Part shown: piece by piece, positions 10,577-19,399 of the stretch
How the letters are laid out: every line of letters starts with the position of its first letter
How positions within the stretch are numbered: the stretch's first letter is position 1
Origin: Escherichia coli
Lineage (GTDB): Bacteria > Pseudomonadota > Gammaproteobacteria > Enterobacterales > Enterobacteriaceae
NCBI GenBank assembly: GCA_032372955.1
Contig: GCA_032372955.1_4725.1
Length of the DNA: 64,000 nt
Direction: 5' to 3' (one strand)
The notes under the pieces: model-generated
The model's database searches: none
The model's input: the letters and a program-made list of their open reading frames with translations, nothing else
What the model was told of the DNA's origin: nothing
Position numbers and translations under genes: made by a program

Positions 10577-12625
10577 ATGTCGACACCAATTACCCTGAAG
10601 TACCCCGAGGACTGGACCGGTACACTCGCCAGCAACCACATCGTTGGTGAAGAGCATACCGTTCCACGAACCGAGAATAAATGTTACGCCCTTGATGGCG
10701 GACCGTTCTTCACCGAAAGTCTGGTCATCACTGAAAAGCTTACCGGTAAGACACTGGTACGAGGCGTGGATTATAAACCCATTTTCTTGTATCAGGATGC
10801 AACGCTTTACGCAGGTAAAGAAATCTGTGCAGCCATCGCCATCATCAACGATGATATCGAGGGGACATTAGTTAACGACTATTGTATCATCGGTGGTGTT
10901 TACGTAAGTCTTATTGACGCGTTATATCAGGCTATCGAAGAACTCAAACTTGACGATCGTCCGATCAACTGGGACGACATCAAGAACAAACCGGAACTTT
11001 ATCCGCCTGAACCACACATCCACCACGTTAGCGCCATCTACGGTACCGAACATCTTTGCTTAGCGATCTATTCACTGAAAGCCGCAATACTTATCGGTGA
11101 TGCTGCGTCCGATAACCGTCTCTGGGCAGCAATCGATCAGTTACGCAAAGACATGCAAGCAGCGGATAAAGATCTGACCGATCTGCATTACGCTCACGCT
11201 AACCGTACCGATAACCCGCACGAAACCACAAAAGCCCAAGTCGGACTAGGTAACGTACAGAACTATCCTACCGCAAACAAGGCGGAGGCAGAAGCCGGTA
11301 CTGCACCTGACCGATACATGACCGCACAAACGGTTGGTTGGGCGATTGCTAAACTGGCGGGCGATCTAGTCGATGCGCACGCTAACCGTCGGGATAACCC
11401 GCACAGCGTCACCAAAGCGCAGGTTAACCTTGGGAACGTTGATAACTTCCCGACCGCTTCGGATGATGAGGCGAAAGCCGGGACAGCGAACAACCGTTTC
11501 ATGACGCCGCTACGTACCGTTGCCGCGATCGAACAGTTCGCGTTGATTCCACTTAACGCGCATAAAGCCGATTATAACAACCCACACAGGGTAACGAAAG
11601 CCCAGGTGGGATTAGGGAATGTGCAAGACTATCCGATGGCTTCTGAAGAAGAAGCGCGTGCCGGTGTTGCAGCTAACCGATTAATGGCACCGAACACAAC
11701 CAAAGCGTCCATTGAGACCTTTGCGTTAGTTCCGCTTAATGCACACATCGCTGACAAGAATAACCCACACCAAGTGTCTAAAGCACAAGTAGGGTTAGGA
11801 AGTGTTGAGAACTACCCAACCGCTAACCAAGCTGAGGCGCAAGGTGGTTCTGCGACGAACCGTTACATGACGCCACAGTCTACCAACTGGGCAATTCAGA
11901 AATTAGCGGGTGATCTGGTTAACGCTCACGCTAACCGTCGAGACAACCCGCACGCTGTTACGAAAGCGCAGGTAGGGTTAGGGAACGTACAGAACTATGG
12001 TATCGCTTCCGATGCGCATGCGCAGCAAGATGTTAACACCGTGTATTCTACACCACGTAACGCCCGTCTCGCTGCAACGCACATCATCGACACACGCTTG
12101 TTCTGGGGTTCTTACAGCGGAAACAAACTGGTCTTCGTTGATGGTAATGGTGGTACGCGTTTAGGTAAACATGTCATCATCACGGAGAATGGCGGCGGTG
12201 AGATCACACGCTTCTATTGGGGGAACTCTGCGGGCGGTGGTAGTGCGCTATACTTCAACAGCAATATCGATGTTCCTAACGCTTACATTCGCTCGGATGA
12301 GCGTAGTAAACACGACATCCGTTATCTGAAAGACCATCCAGAATCTCTCAGTGAACGTTTACGTGAAATGGCGCGCAATGGGCTTGCCCGCTTCCGTCAC
12401 AACTACGATCCTGATGTCGAGAAGATCGGTGTTATCGCACAGCGTGTTCAAGAACAGTTCCCTGAAATGATCAACGTATCAGATAAAGGACTGTTAAGTC
12501 TTGACACCATGGTGTATAGCGGGGTTCTGTTAGGCGGTTGGTACGAACACGACCAACAGCTTCGTGCTCTGCGTGCAATGGTTGAAGAAATTGCACATCA
12601 CGTGAAAGGAACCAAGGGTATTTAA
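10577..12625 (+). CDS. tail fibre protein with five NPH repeats and C-terminal intramolecular chaperone (peptidase S74-like) domain
   Basis: 682-aa ORF; five repeat copies; C-terminal SDERSK motif about 115 aa from the end. Confidence 0.7.
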   Translation: MSTPITLKYPEDWTGTLASNHIVGEEHTVPRTENKCYALDGGPFFTESLVITEKLTGKTLVRGVDYKPIFLYQDATLYAGKEICAAIAIINDDIEGTLVNDYCIIGGVYVSLIDALYQAIEELKLDDRPINWDDIKNKPELYPPEPHIHHVSAIYGTEHLCLAIYSLKAAILIGDAASDNRLWAAIDQLRKDMQAADKDLTDLHYAHANRTDNPHETTKAQVGLGNVQNYPTANKAEAEAGTAPDRYMTAQTVGWAIAKLAGDLVDAHANRRDNPHSVTKAQVNLGNVDNFPTASDDEAKAGTANNRFMTPLRTVAAIEQFALIPLNAHKADYNNPHRVTKAQVGLGNVQDYPMASEEEARAGVAANRLMAPNTTKASIETFALVPLNAHIADKNNPHQVSKAQVGLGSVENYPTANQAEAQGGSATNRYMTPQSTNWAIQKLAGDLVNAHANRRDNPHAVTKAQVGLGNVQNYGIASDAHAQQDVNTVYSTPRNARLAATHIIDTRLFWGSYSGNKLVFVDGNGGTRLGKHVIITENGGGEITRFYWGNSAGGGSALYFNSNIDVPNAYIRSDERSKHDIRYLKDHPESLSERLREMARNGLARFRHNYDPDVEKIGVIAQRVQEQFPEMINVSDKGLLSLDTMVYSGVLLGGWYEHDQQLRALRAMVEEIAHHVKGTKGI

Positions 12626-12752
12626 TTCAACGTTCTAGAACGCGTTGTAACGCTTCGAAAAGTTTAACCTGGGGTTTGCCTGGATTAAATCGTTTATCGC
12701 GTTCTAGACCCTTCCTTGTTCCTCTAAATCGTTATTCCGACGAGGAGTTCTA

Positions 12753-13388
12753 ATGGCTAAGATTACTGAAAAAGATTTTACCTGCGAATTCATCATTCGC
12801 GACAAAACCGATGTTGAAGGTGGGTATATTGATGACCCGGATGACAGCGGGAAATGTACAAACCACGGCATCACGCAAGCGCTTGCTAATCAATACAAAA
12901 CCACGCTGAAAACGAAATTCGGCTGGAACGGTAACATGCGTAACCTTACCACGGAAATGGCGTTCTTTATCTACAAGACTCATTTCTGGGATAAGATGAA
13001 GCTTGACGAAGTCATGAAACGTTCTGTGTTCTTAGCTGACCGTCTCTTTGACCTGGGTATCAATGCAGGTAAAACGGTTGCGGTTAAGAACCTTCAGCGT
13101 TACCTGAACGTCATGAACAACCGTCAAACTTACTGGAAAGATATCAACGCCGACGGTTTGATGGGACCTGCGACGTTAGGCGTACTCGACGCTTACATCG
13201 CTAAACGCGGAGAAACCGGTAAAGATTATCTCATCGACGCGATGCTAGATATGCAGAGCACTTACTACATCGAATTAGCTGAACGTCGTGAGAAAGACGA
13301 GAAGTTCATTTACGGTTGGCAGGCACGTAAACGTCGTGAGCGTAAGCGTTATGAAGCGATCATCTTGAACGGGTTCAGTGCTGAGTAA
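12753..13388 (+). CDS. endolysin, GH108-type lysozyme domain plus C-terminal peptidoglycan-binding domain
   Basis: N-terminal EGGYIDDPDDSGKCTNHGIT matches the GH108 EGGY catalytic signature; basic C-terminal tail. Confidence 0.8.
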   Translation: MAKITEKDFTCEFIIRDKTDVEGGYIDDPDDSGKCTNHGITQALANQYKTTLKTKFGWNGNMRNLTTEMAFFIYKTHFWDKMKLDEVMKRSVFLADRLFDLGINAGKTVAVKNLQRYLNVMNNRQTYWKDINADGLMGPATLGVLDAYIAKRGETGKDYLIDAMLDMQSTYYIELAERREKDEKFIYGWQARKRRERKRYEAIILNGFSAE

Positions 13389-13452
13389 AACCCTGCCGTA
13401 AACCGTCATAAAACGCTCCAGAACGAACGGAACGCATAAAGACGTATAAGAC

Positions 13453-13483
13453 CCCTCCTCACCCAATAACGGATGAGGAGGGG
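13453..13483 (+). terminator. hairpin CCCCTCCTCA/TGAGGAGGGG downstream of endolysin
   Basis: perfect 10-bp inverted repeat; no clean T-run. Confidence 0.35.
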
Positions 13484-13682
13484 CTTAACAGGTGTTCGTG
13501 TTTATTCAGGTTGGTCTGGGTCCCTGGCCGCTTGAGGAGATCCACAACCCTTTCAACACCACGCTTCATACGAAGCGCTCAATGAGAAAGATAAGCGTGC
13601 AACCACGCAGATTGTTACAACCAAATTGTAGAAGAGCAATAGCCGAGCTGTACAAAACCCATACTATTGCTCTTTATGCTTA

Positions 13683-14225
13683 TTAGCCAACAACGCTAAC
13701 GGTCGGTTTCACGAAGCCATCAGCTACGTTATCCGCCAGAACGGTTGCCAGGTCATCTTTCGGTGCAGCTGCGTAGGTCAGTGCAACCTGCAGAGTGCCG
13801 GTATATACCAGGCCATTCTCGATCGCATTCAGAGTTACCTGACCAACAGTACCTGCAGACAGCTGGAAGGTTTCTTCATTGATTTCACCGGTCAGGGAAG
13901 CCAGACCGAATTTGGTGACCAGCTTGCTTACCAGCTCGGAAGCCTTAATGCTGTCGGTACCGTGCGGCAGTTCGAAAGTAACATCGCCAGTTACATCAGC
14001 GAAAACTTCGGACAGAGCCAGACGATCGTAGTAGAACTGCTGAGTACCCTGCAGGTTAGCTGCTTCAGCTGCAGCATCCAGCTGAATAACGGTGTTCTTT
14101 TCATGTTCGGAAGACGTCTGCGGAGTACCGAACTGCAGTTCTTCTTCGGTCAGCGTGCGGGTTGCTTTGGTGTTGATAAGATCAAGCAGAAGGGATTTCG
14201 CTGCTTTGTTAAAGTCTAAGGCCAT
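13683..14225 (-). CDS. hypothetical protein with host-optimal codon usage, probably highly expressed (structural?)
   Basis: in-frame ATG at 14225 preceded by AGAGGA RBS; the ORF-track start at 14324 is probably an over-extension. Confidence 0.5.
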   Translation of the reverse strand: MALDFNKAAKSLLLDLINTKATRTLTEEELQFGTPQTSSEHEKNTVIQLDAAAEAANLQGTQQFYYDRLALSEVFADVTGDVTFELPHGTDSIKASELVSKLVTKFGLASLTGEINEETFQLSAGTVGQVTLNAIENGLVYTGTLQVALTYAAAPKDDLATVLADNVADGFVKPTVSVVG

Positions 14226-14366
14226 GATAATGTGTCCTCTGATTTTTGATGGTCGAAAAGGAGATTCGGAGTCGTTCTCCATAATATTTACATTAATATA
14301 AAATATATTAATTTCTGTAAACACTTACATCTTTTGAGAGTGATGTAACAACCATAGAGGTAGAAA

Positions 14367-15260
14367 ATGGCAACTCAAGTTTCGCTTACTTTAAAAACAC
14401 CTTGGCAACTTATCGTTGATGAGATTAACAAACTCAACGCCGACACTGGTGCCAGCTTCCAATACACCGACCTTAAATACGTTCTTAAAGAAAAGAATCC
14501 TTCTGCTCCAGAAGCAACTTTAACGCTTAGCCCTGGTGATGGTACCCCTTACTTCAATAACCGTGATGTTACCTACCATCGTCTGGATCTGGCTAAATGG
14601 TTCCAGAAAATCGCTGTACGTGTTAACGTTACTGCTGACACCACCATCGGTGATGTGGTTGACCTTGTAGCTCAACGCTACGGTATGATCACACCGACCG
14701 GTGAGAAGTTCCTGGATAAAGATAAAGACATCAAAGCCGATACGTTATCTAATCCGGTTACCTTCAACGAGCATGGTATCCAGACGATCACCCTGGAAGC
14801 TAAAGAAGATTCGTTGGCGTGGTACGGCTCTGTTCAAGTTAAAGTTTATAACACCACGCTGGATCTGGCTAACATCATCAAGGTTACCAATCTGGGTAAC
14901 TTAACCTACGTTGATGAAGGCGACGGCACCAAAACGTCAGCACGTCTGTTAACCTATCCGTTAGACTTCAGTACTTACACCGCAGGTTTACAAGCTATTA
15001 CCAGCAACGATACCAAGATCGATGCAGGCTTAGCAGGTAACCTGACTACCCTGATCAAAGAGCAGACTGGTGTAAGTGATGATATCATCAATGAACTGAA
15101 AACCAATCTGCAAACAGCTACCTTTGTCTATAACGGTGCTACCACCGGGTCTACTGACAAAGGTGTTAACGCTACGTACAGCAATGTGCTGGTGCTGTCG
15201 TTAGCTGACGGTACTCACACCTACGGTAAAGCAGTATTCGGTTATAACGTTTCCGAATAA
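14367..15260 (+). CDS. hypothetical protein, LAWYGSV paralog family member with strongly optimal codon usage
   Basis: 297-aa ORF; GAGG RBS; motif LAWYGSVQV; codons dominated by CTG/GGT/CGT/AAC/TTC. Confidence 0.55.
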   Translation: MATQVSLTLKTPWQLIVDEINKLNADTGASFQYTDLKYVLKEKNPSAPEATLTLSPGDGTPYFNNRDVTYHRLDLAKWFQKIAVRVNVTADTTIGDVVDLVAQRYGMITPTGEKFLDKDKDIKADTLSNPVTFNEHGIQTITLEAKEDSLAWYGSVQVKVYNTTLDLANIIKVTNLGNLTYVDEGDGTKTSARLLTYPLDFSTYTAGLQAITSNDTKIDAGLAGNLTTLIKEQTGVSDDIINELKTNLQTATFVYNGATTGSTDKGVNATYSNVLVLSLADGTHTYGKAVFGYNVSE

Positions 15261-15276
15261 TTTTAATTAATCTCTC

Positions 15277-15308
15277 CCTTCCTCCTTCCCTGTTGGGTTG
15301 GAGGAAGG
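15277..15308 (+). terminator. hairpin CCTTCCTCC/GGAGGAAGG, near-copy of the 3310 element, followed by TTTATGTTTG
   Basis: 9-bp perfect stem, 14-nt loop. Confidence 0.5.
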
Positions 15309-15475
15309 TTTATGTTTGTGATTATTCTTCTCTTTTATAATTTCTAATGATAAGATTAAGTACCTGGAGTAAAAGTTTACAGATGTTGTAAATGTATTTG
15401 GAAAGTAAAATTTCCACGACCTCGGCCCCTTCGGGGGACGGGGGAGGAGCGAAGTCCTTTAGAGACGAGCAACAG

Positions 15476-15542
15476 GATAACTCTAAGAAAAAGAAAAACT
15501 AAACGAGCGAAGCGAGTTTATGTTTTTATCCTTAGAGTTATC
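15476..15542 (+). other. long inverted repeat (12-bp perfect arms GATAACTCTAAG / CTTAGAGTTATC) enclosing an A-run/T-run interior; candidate structured RNA or protein-binding site
   Basis: direct reading of the sequence in the non-coding hub. Confidence 0.35.
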
Positions 15543-15995
15543 AAGCTATAAGCGTAGCGTTAGCGTATAACGGTTATGTCGTATACGAATGCAATGAGTA
15601 TAGACGAGATACTCTGATGAACAACGTGAAGAAGAGTATCACAAATGTTTTTTGAGTTATCCGGATTTAACTAGCATGTAACGAAGTGTAATGCACAGAT
15701 GACATGTGTTACCGTTAAGGTAGTAAACACATGTTATCCATTGTTTTGAAGATAAGCTTATTAACTTACTTTTAAATCAATTTAAATATACAAACAACTT
15801 AAACATACCAAGATAAAACAATTGAACCTAAGATAAACAAGATAACTTAGACAATACACTTTTAACGAATACAGATAACATCTTACTTAAATCAAAATAC
15901 CTATCCTCGTTTACCTTCCTTGCTTGCAACACCTCTTCTAAATCCATCCCTTCTTAAGAAACAACAAAACCCTTACTGTAACACAAATCCTTTCA

Positions 15996-16015
15996 CGACT
16001 ATATTACCTAAGTGA
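15996..16015 (+). promoter_or_regulatory. phage-specific promoter-like element CGACTATATTACCTAAGTGA (copy 1 of 3)
   Basis: 23 of 25 nt identical to the copy at 28497..28520; lies about 85 nt upstream of the first early-type gene. Confidence 0.45.
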
Positions 16016-16097
16016 TGCGTACGTACGATGTTCGTATTGCGTCAAATAGAACTCAATACGTTGTTTAATTAACGTGAAAAACAGAGGAACTTTTTAA

Positions 16098-16880
16098 ATG
16101 AACGATGAAATCATTTTTGATACCATGTTTACTGGAGATGAATACCTGGCGTTACCGAGCGATGTTCAAAACGAATGCGTGAAGGTAGCATGCTACAGCG
16201 GCGGTCAGGCTGGGATGCGTGTACGTTGCGTTGACGGGACGAACGGGAAAGTTGTTTGGCGTGGTGCTCACACGTACCCTTACCTGCTTACCGGCAACAA
16301 GAATTGGTACGCTCATCGCAGCCAGCATCCTGCACGGATGAGCGCGAGCGGATTCGTGGTACGTGGTGCGTTGGATGAACGGGTGGAACGCATCGAGATC
16401 ACCGATCGCGCGTTCATCGATCAGCTTGCACAGGTTGCTTACGATGAGGGACGTGCAACAGGGCGATACGGTTGGTTGAAGGTGAACAGCGATACGCAAT
16501 TACAGGTAGGATTCCATCACGCGCTTCCTGGGTGGGCGAACCATACCGTTGGAACGTATTACACCAAAAAGCTTACCATGGTGAAACCTTACATGGCGGA
16601 TGCGAGCTTGGAGGCAACGGATCAGATGCATCAATTGCTTCGCATGTATTATCCACGGGTGGTGCATCCACTTGGGTTCGCTTGGGTCAGCGAAGTGCGC
16701 TACAACCCACGCAAGAAACGCGTTGAAGCGAAGGTGCTTAACGAACGTTGGTTACCGGTTGTGCAACCAGGGCTTGACGATGAATCCATCATGATGCGGG
16801 TAAGCCGAAGCCGGTTCGTACAATGGGATGCTACCATGCTACAACGCCCACAACACGTTACAGGAGAAACGTTCGCATGA
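16098..16880 (+). CDS. hypothetical early-type protein
   Basis: 260-aa ORF; GAGGAA RBS. Confidence 0.5.
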   Translation: MNDEIIFDTMFTGDEYLALPSDVQNECVKVACYSGGQAGMRVRCVDGTNGKVVWRGAHTYPYLLTGNKNWYAHRSQHPARMSASGFVVRGALDERVERIEITDRAFIDQLAQVAYDEGRATGRYGWLKVNSDTQLQVGFHHALPGWANHTVGTYYTKKLTMVKPYMADASLEATDQMHQLLRMYYPRVVHPLGFAWVSEVRYNPRKKRVEAKVLNERWLPVVQPGLDDESIMMRVSRSRFVQWDATMLQRPQHVTGETFA

Positions 16881-17176
16881 TACGCGCAACAGGATACGAA
16901 AACAAAGGCAAGAACAGCGTGCAGCGTTACGTTGCCGACGAGGAAGGGAAAGCAGAATACCTGGATTGGTTCAACCGTTACAGCGCAAGCAAGGTACGTG
17001 ATCCTAGCATCCTGAGGTTACAGAGCAGTTTCCAATGGCAGGCTTCCGAACAACGCTGGTACATCACGTTGGAAATCGGAACGGTACGGGAAGACCAGCT
17101 TCCTGCATACTTAAAAGAACAACGGGAGCAGATCAACACATTACTCGCACAACACAAAACGGAACCTAAACCTTAA
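16877..17176 (+). CDS. hypothetical protein
   Basis: ATGA start/stop overlap with previous gene; the ORF-track start at 16823 is probably an over-extension. Confidence 0.45.
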   Translation: MIRATGYENKGKNSVQRYVADEEGKAEYLDWFNRYSASKVRDPSILRLQSSFQWQASEQRWYITLEIGTVREDQLPAYLKEQREQINTLLAQHKTEPKP

Positions 17177-17216
17177 TCCAACACCAACAAGCGAAAAGGA
17201 AAGTACAACAGAAATC

Positions 17217-17492
17217 ATGTTGATGAAACCGACAGCAAAGAACAAGGTTTATAAAGCAATCTACGCGTCAGACACAGTCAGCCTGACGAAGATCATCAAA
17301 TACAAACTTGAGAAGGTGCTACGTGTTGAACCGAGCATAGGCTTAGTCCGTTATCGCCTGATTACCGAGAACGGTGAAGGGTATTACGCACCGTCGTCTC
17401 GAAGCGATAACGCCGTTGTGTTAACCCGGGATGTGGTTGAAGCAATCAACAACGGAACGAAGGCGTTCTACGCGCACAGAAAAGCCGTATAA
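17217..17492 (+). CDS. hypothetical protein
   Basis: 91-aa ORF. Confidence 0.45.
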   Translation: MLMKPTAKNKVYKAIYASDTVSLTKIIKYKLEKVLRVEPSIGLVRYRLITENGEGYYAPSSRSDNAVVLTRDVVEAINNGTKAFYAHRKAV

Positions 17493-17569
17493 CGCAATAA
17501 ACGAATCCAAAGAAGGGAAACTATACCTTAACTTAAAACGACGCTTAGAGAGCGTTACAGGAGCTTAGA

Positions 17570-17977
17570 ATGCAACATGATCAAACGAACACCACCGCAA
17601 CGTCAATAGCCCTTGCCGATGCCGTCCAGGCGTGGAACGAGAACCCAGCCTGTCGAGCAAAGATGGAATTGGTGTACGAAGGATCAACCCGTGTCAGGAC
17701 GGCTGATGATGTTCTGGTCGTACGAGGTGAATTCTTCGCCTTAGGTGTCACGGACCGTGGTCCGTTAGATGCGCTTTGGATCGAGTTACAAACCTGCCCG
17801 CAGAGACCACGCTACGTGACCCGTGACCATCGTCCTGAGAACGCGTTGGTCGGAACCGGTTCCGTGGATATTTTCATCTGGCAGGATACCCTCGACAACA
17901 TGAACAAGATGATCGACGTTGAGAACATCGTTGCAAATAAGTTAACCCAACTTAAAGAACGTCTGATGCCGCTATAA
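17570..17977 (+). CDS. hypothetical protein
   Basis: 135-aa ORF; AGGAG RBS. Confidence 0.5.
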   Translation: MQHDQTNTTATSIALADAVQAWNENPACRAKMELVYEGSTRVRTADDVLVVRGEFFALGVTDRGPLDALWIELQTCPQRPRYVTRDHRPENALVGTGSVDIFIWQDTLDNMNKMIDVENIVANKLTQLKERLMPL

Positions 17978-17990
17978 CGCATCAACATCA

Positions 17991-18053
17991 CCCGCCTGTA
18001 CCTCATCGTGTTCGGGCGGGGCAATAAGAAACCAAGGGGACATCGCCGTCCCC
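17991..18053 (+). terminator. two tandem GC-rich hairpins (CCCGCC..GGCGGG and GGGGAC..GTCCCC)
   Basis: inverted repeats directly after the stop at 17977. Confidence 0.35.
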
Positions 18054-18089
18054 GTTACTATCATCAACCACTATCAAGAGGAACCTACC

Positions 18090-18533
18090 ATGGAAATTAA
18101 ATTCTGTAAATCGATCGCGATTGTACCTGAACAACCTGCGGATGATCTCGAAAAGCTCGATCATCCCACACTGCAACATGCGCTGGAACGTTTAGCCTCT
18201 TTTGCGCCGTTAGAGAATCATCTTCACTGCGTTAATCTTGAAGCATCCGACTTCGACGTGAAGCTTGGGTTCGTGTTTTCACAAACGGGGAAGGATGTGT
18301 TAGAAAACATATTCTGGTCTGCTGAGCATAAGGCGAGAAATGTGATGACGAAGTTAGTTTATAACGTTAGCCTTAGTGAAGACGGCACCTATTGGACGTC
18401 AGAGGCTTGCTGGACGATTTCTGCGATTTCACGAATGGACAAAATACACTATTTGCATCGTGTTGCTGATAGCATTGTACACCAACTGGATCGTTTTGAT
18501 ACCACCCGCTTATCGAATGGAACACAGTGTTAA
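18090..18533 (+). CDS. hypothetical protein
   Basis: 147-aa ORF; AGAGGAA RBS. Confidence 0.5.
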   Translation: MEIKFCKSIAIVPEQPADDLEKLDHPTLQHALERLASFAPLENHLHCVNLEASDFDVKLGFVFSQTGKDVLENIFWSAEHKARNVMTKLVYNVSLSEDGTYWTSEACWTISAISRMDKIHYLHRVADSIVHQLDRFDTTRLSNGTQC

Positions 18534-18548
18534 TACGAGGAATCGAAC

Positions 18549-18977
18549 ATGCAAATTAAATGGCCTGAATCAGCAGTAACTGCAGCGCGCGTTGGTCTTT
18601 ATCATTCGCTGGTTGCTCAGCATACCAGCTTACATCGCACCCTATCACTTTTACGCGAAGACGAAAAACTACGTGAACACATTCAGCCGATCTCAGCATC
18701 AATGAATGCGAACACGTTGTCTATGCGTTGCGTTCGATTGACTTTTGTGTGTACCACGTTAGGAAAGACGTTGCTTGAGGCTGCCTATCTTCGTTGTTGC
18801 GAAAGCACGACGTTCACCGACGATATGGTGTTGTCGATCGAGATGTATTGTCAGACAAATGGAATACGTCAACCGCAGATAGTTTGGAAAATATACGGAT
18901 TGACACCAAAAGTAATCAGCACGAAGTTAGATGCGGTTGCTAATAGCCTTAATGAAATTTTGAAAGAAGGAATTTGA
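18549..18977 (+). CDS. hypothetical protein
   Basis: 142-aa ORF; GAGGAA RBS. Confidence 0.5.
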   Translation: MQIKWPESAVTAARVGLYHSLVAQHTSLHRTLSLLREDEKLREHIQPISASMNANTLSMRCVRLTFVCTTLGKTLLEAAYLRCCESTTFTDDMVLSIEMYCQTNGIRQPQIVWKIYGLTPKVISTKLDAVANSLNEILKEGI

Positions 18978-18978
18978 T

Positions 18979-19341
18979 ATGCAACAACGTATCGGTTTAT
19001 CGCTCGCCATTGACCGACTGATCAAAGTCTCATCGTTACGAAGTGAATTTGTTGGCGTCCGTGAAGAAGCGGCGAATAACCGCTGTATTTTAACGTTTAC
19101 GTGTACCAAGAAAGGCGTGACGGTTATCCGTGATGTTTGGGACGCTGTGAACAAACGTGAACCCCGCTGCTCGGTATCTGTCGTTGATTACAAAAACCTG
19201 GATAATACTTACACTATCCGTTTAGAATGGGAGCATCGCCTCAGGACATTCGTTGAAGTTCGGTCGAAGCTGTTAGCTGAATTGTTGAACGAAGCCTGTT
19301 TACGTGACGAGAACGCTACAGAACTCTTCAGAACGCTTTAA
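18979..19341 (+). CDS. hypothetical protein
   Basis: 120-aa ORF; start 2 nt after previous stop. Confidence 0.45.
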   Translation: MQQRIGLSLAIDRLIKVSSLRSEFVGVREEAANNRCILTFTCTKKGVTVIRDVWDAVNKREPRCSVSVVDYKNLDNTYTIRLEWEHRLRTFVEVRSKLLAELLNEACLRDENATELFRTL

Positions 19342-19399
19342 TTCAATCTTAGATAAGGAAACCCCTTAGAAATTAAAACAAACCGTTATACGTCGTTCT

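Noticed and set aside
4737-12625. Repeated about 60-nt units in the fibre genes considered as a CRISPR-like array
   Set aside because: The repeats are in-frame coding repeats (NPH...VTKAQVGLGNV) with variable spacing and no repeat-spacer regularity.
15735-15743. TTATCCATT considered as a DnaA box marking an origin
   Set aside because: Two mismatches to TTATCCACA and only a single copy; insufficient on its own.
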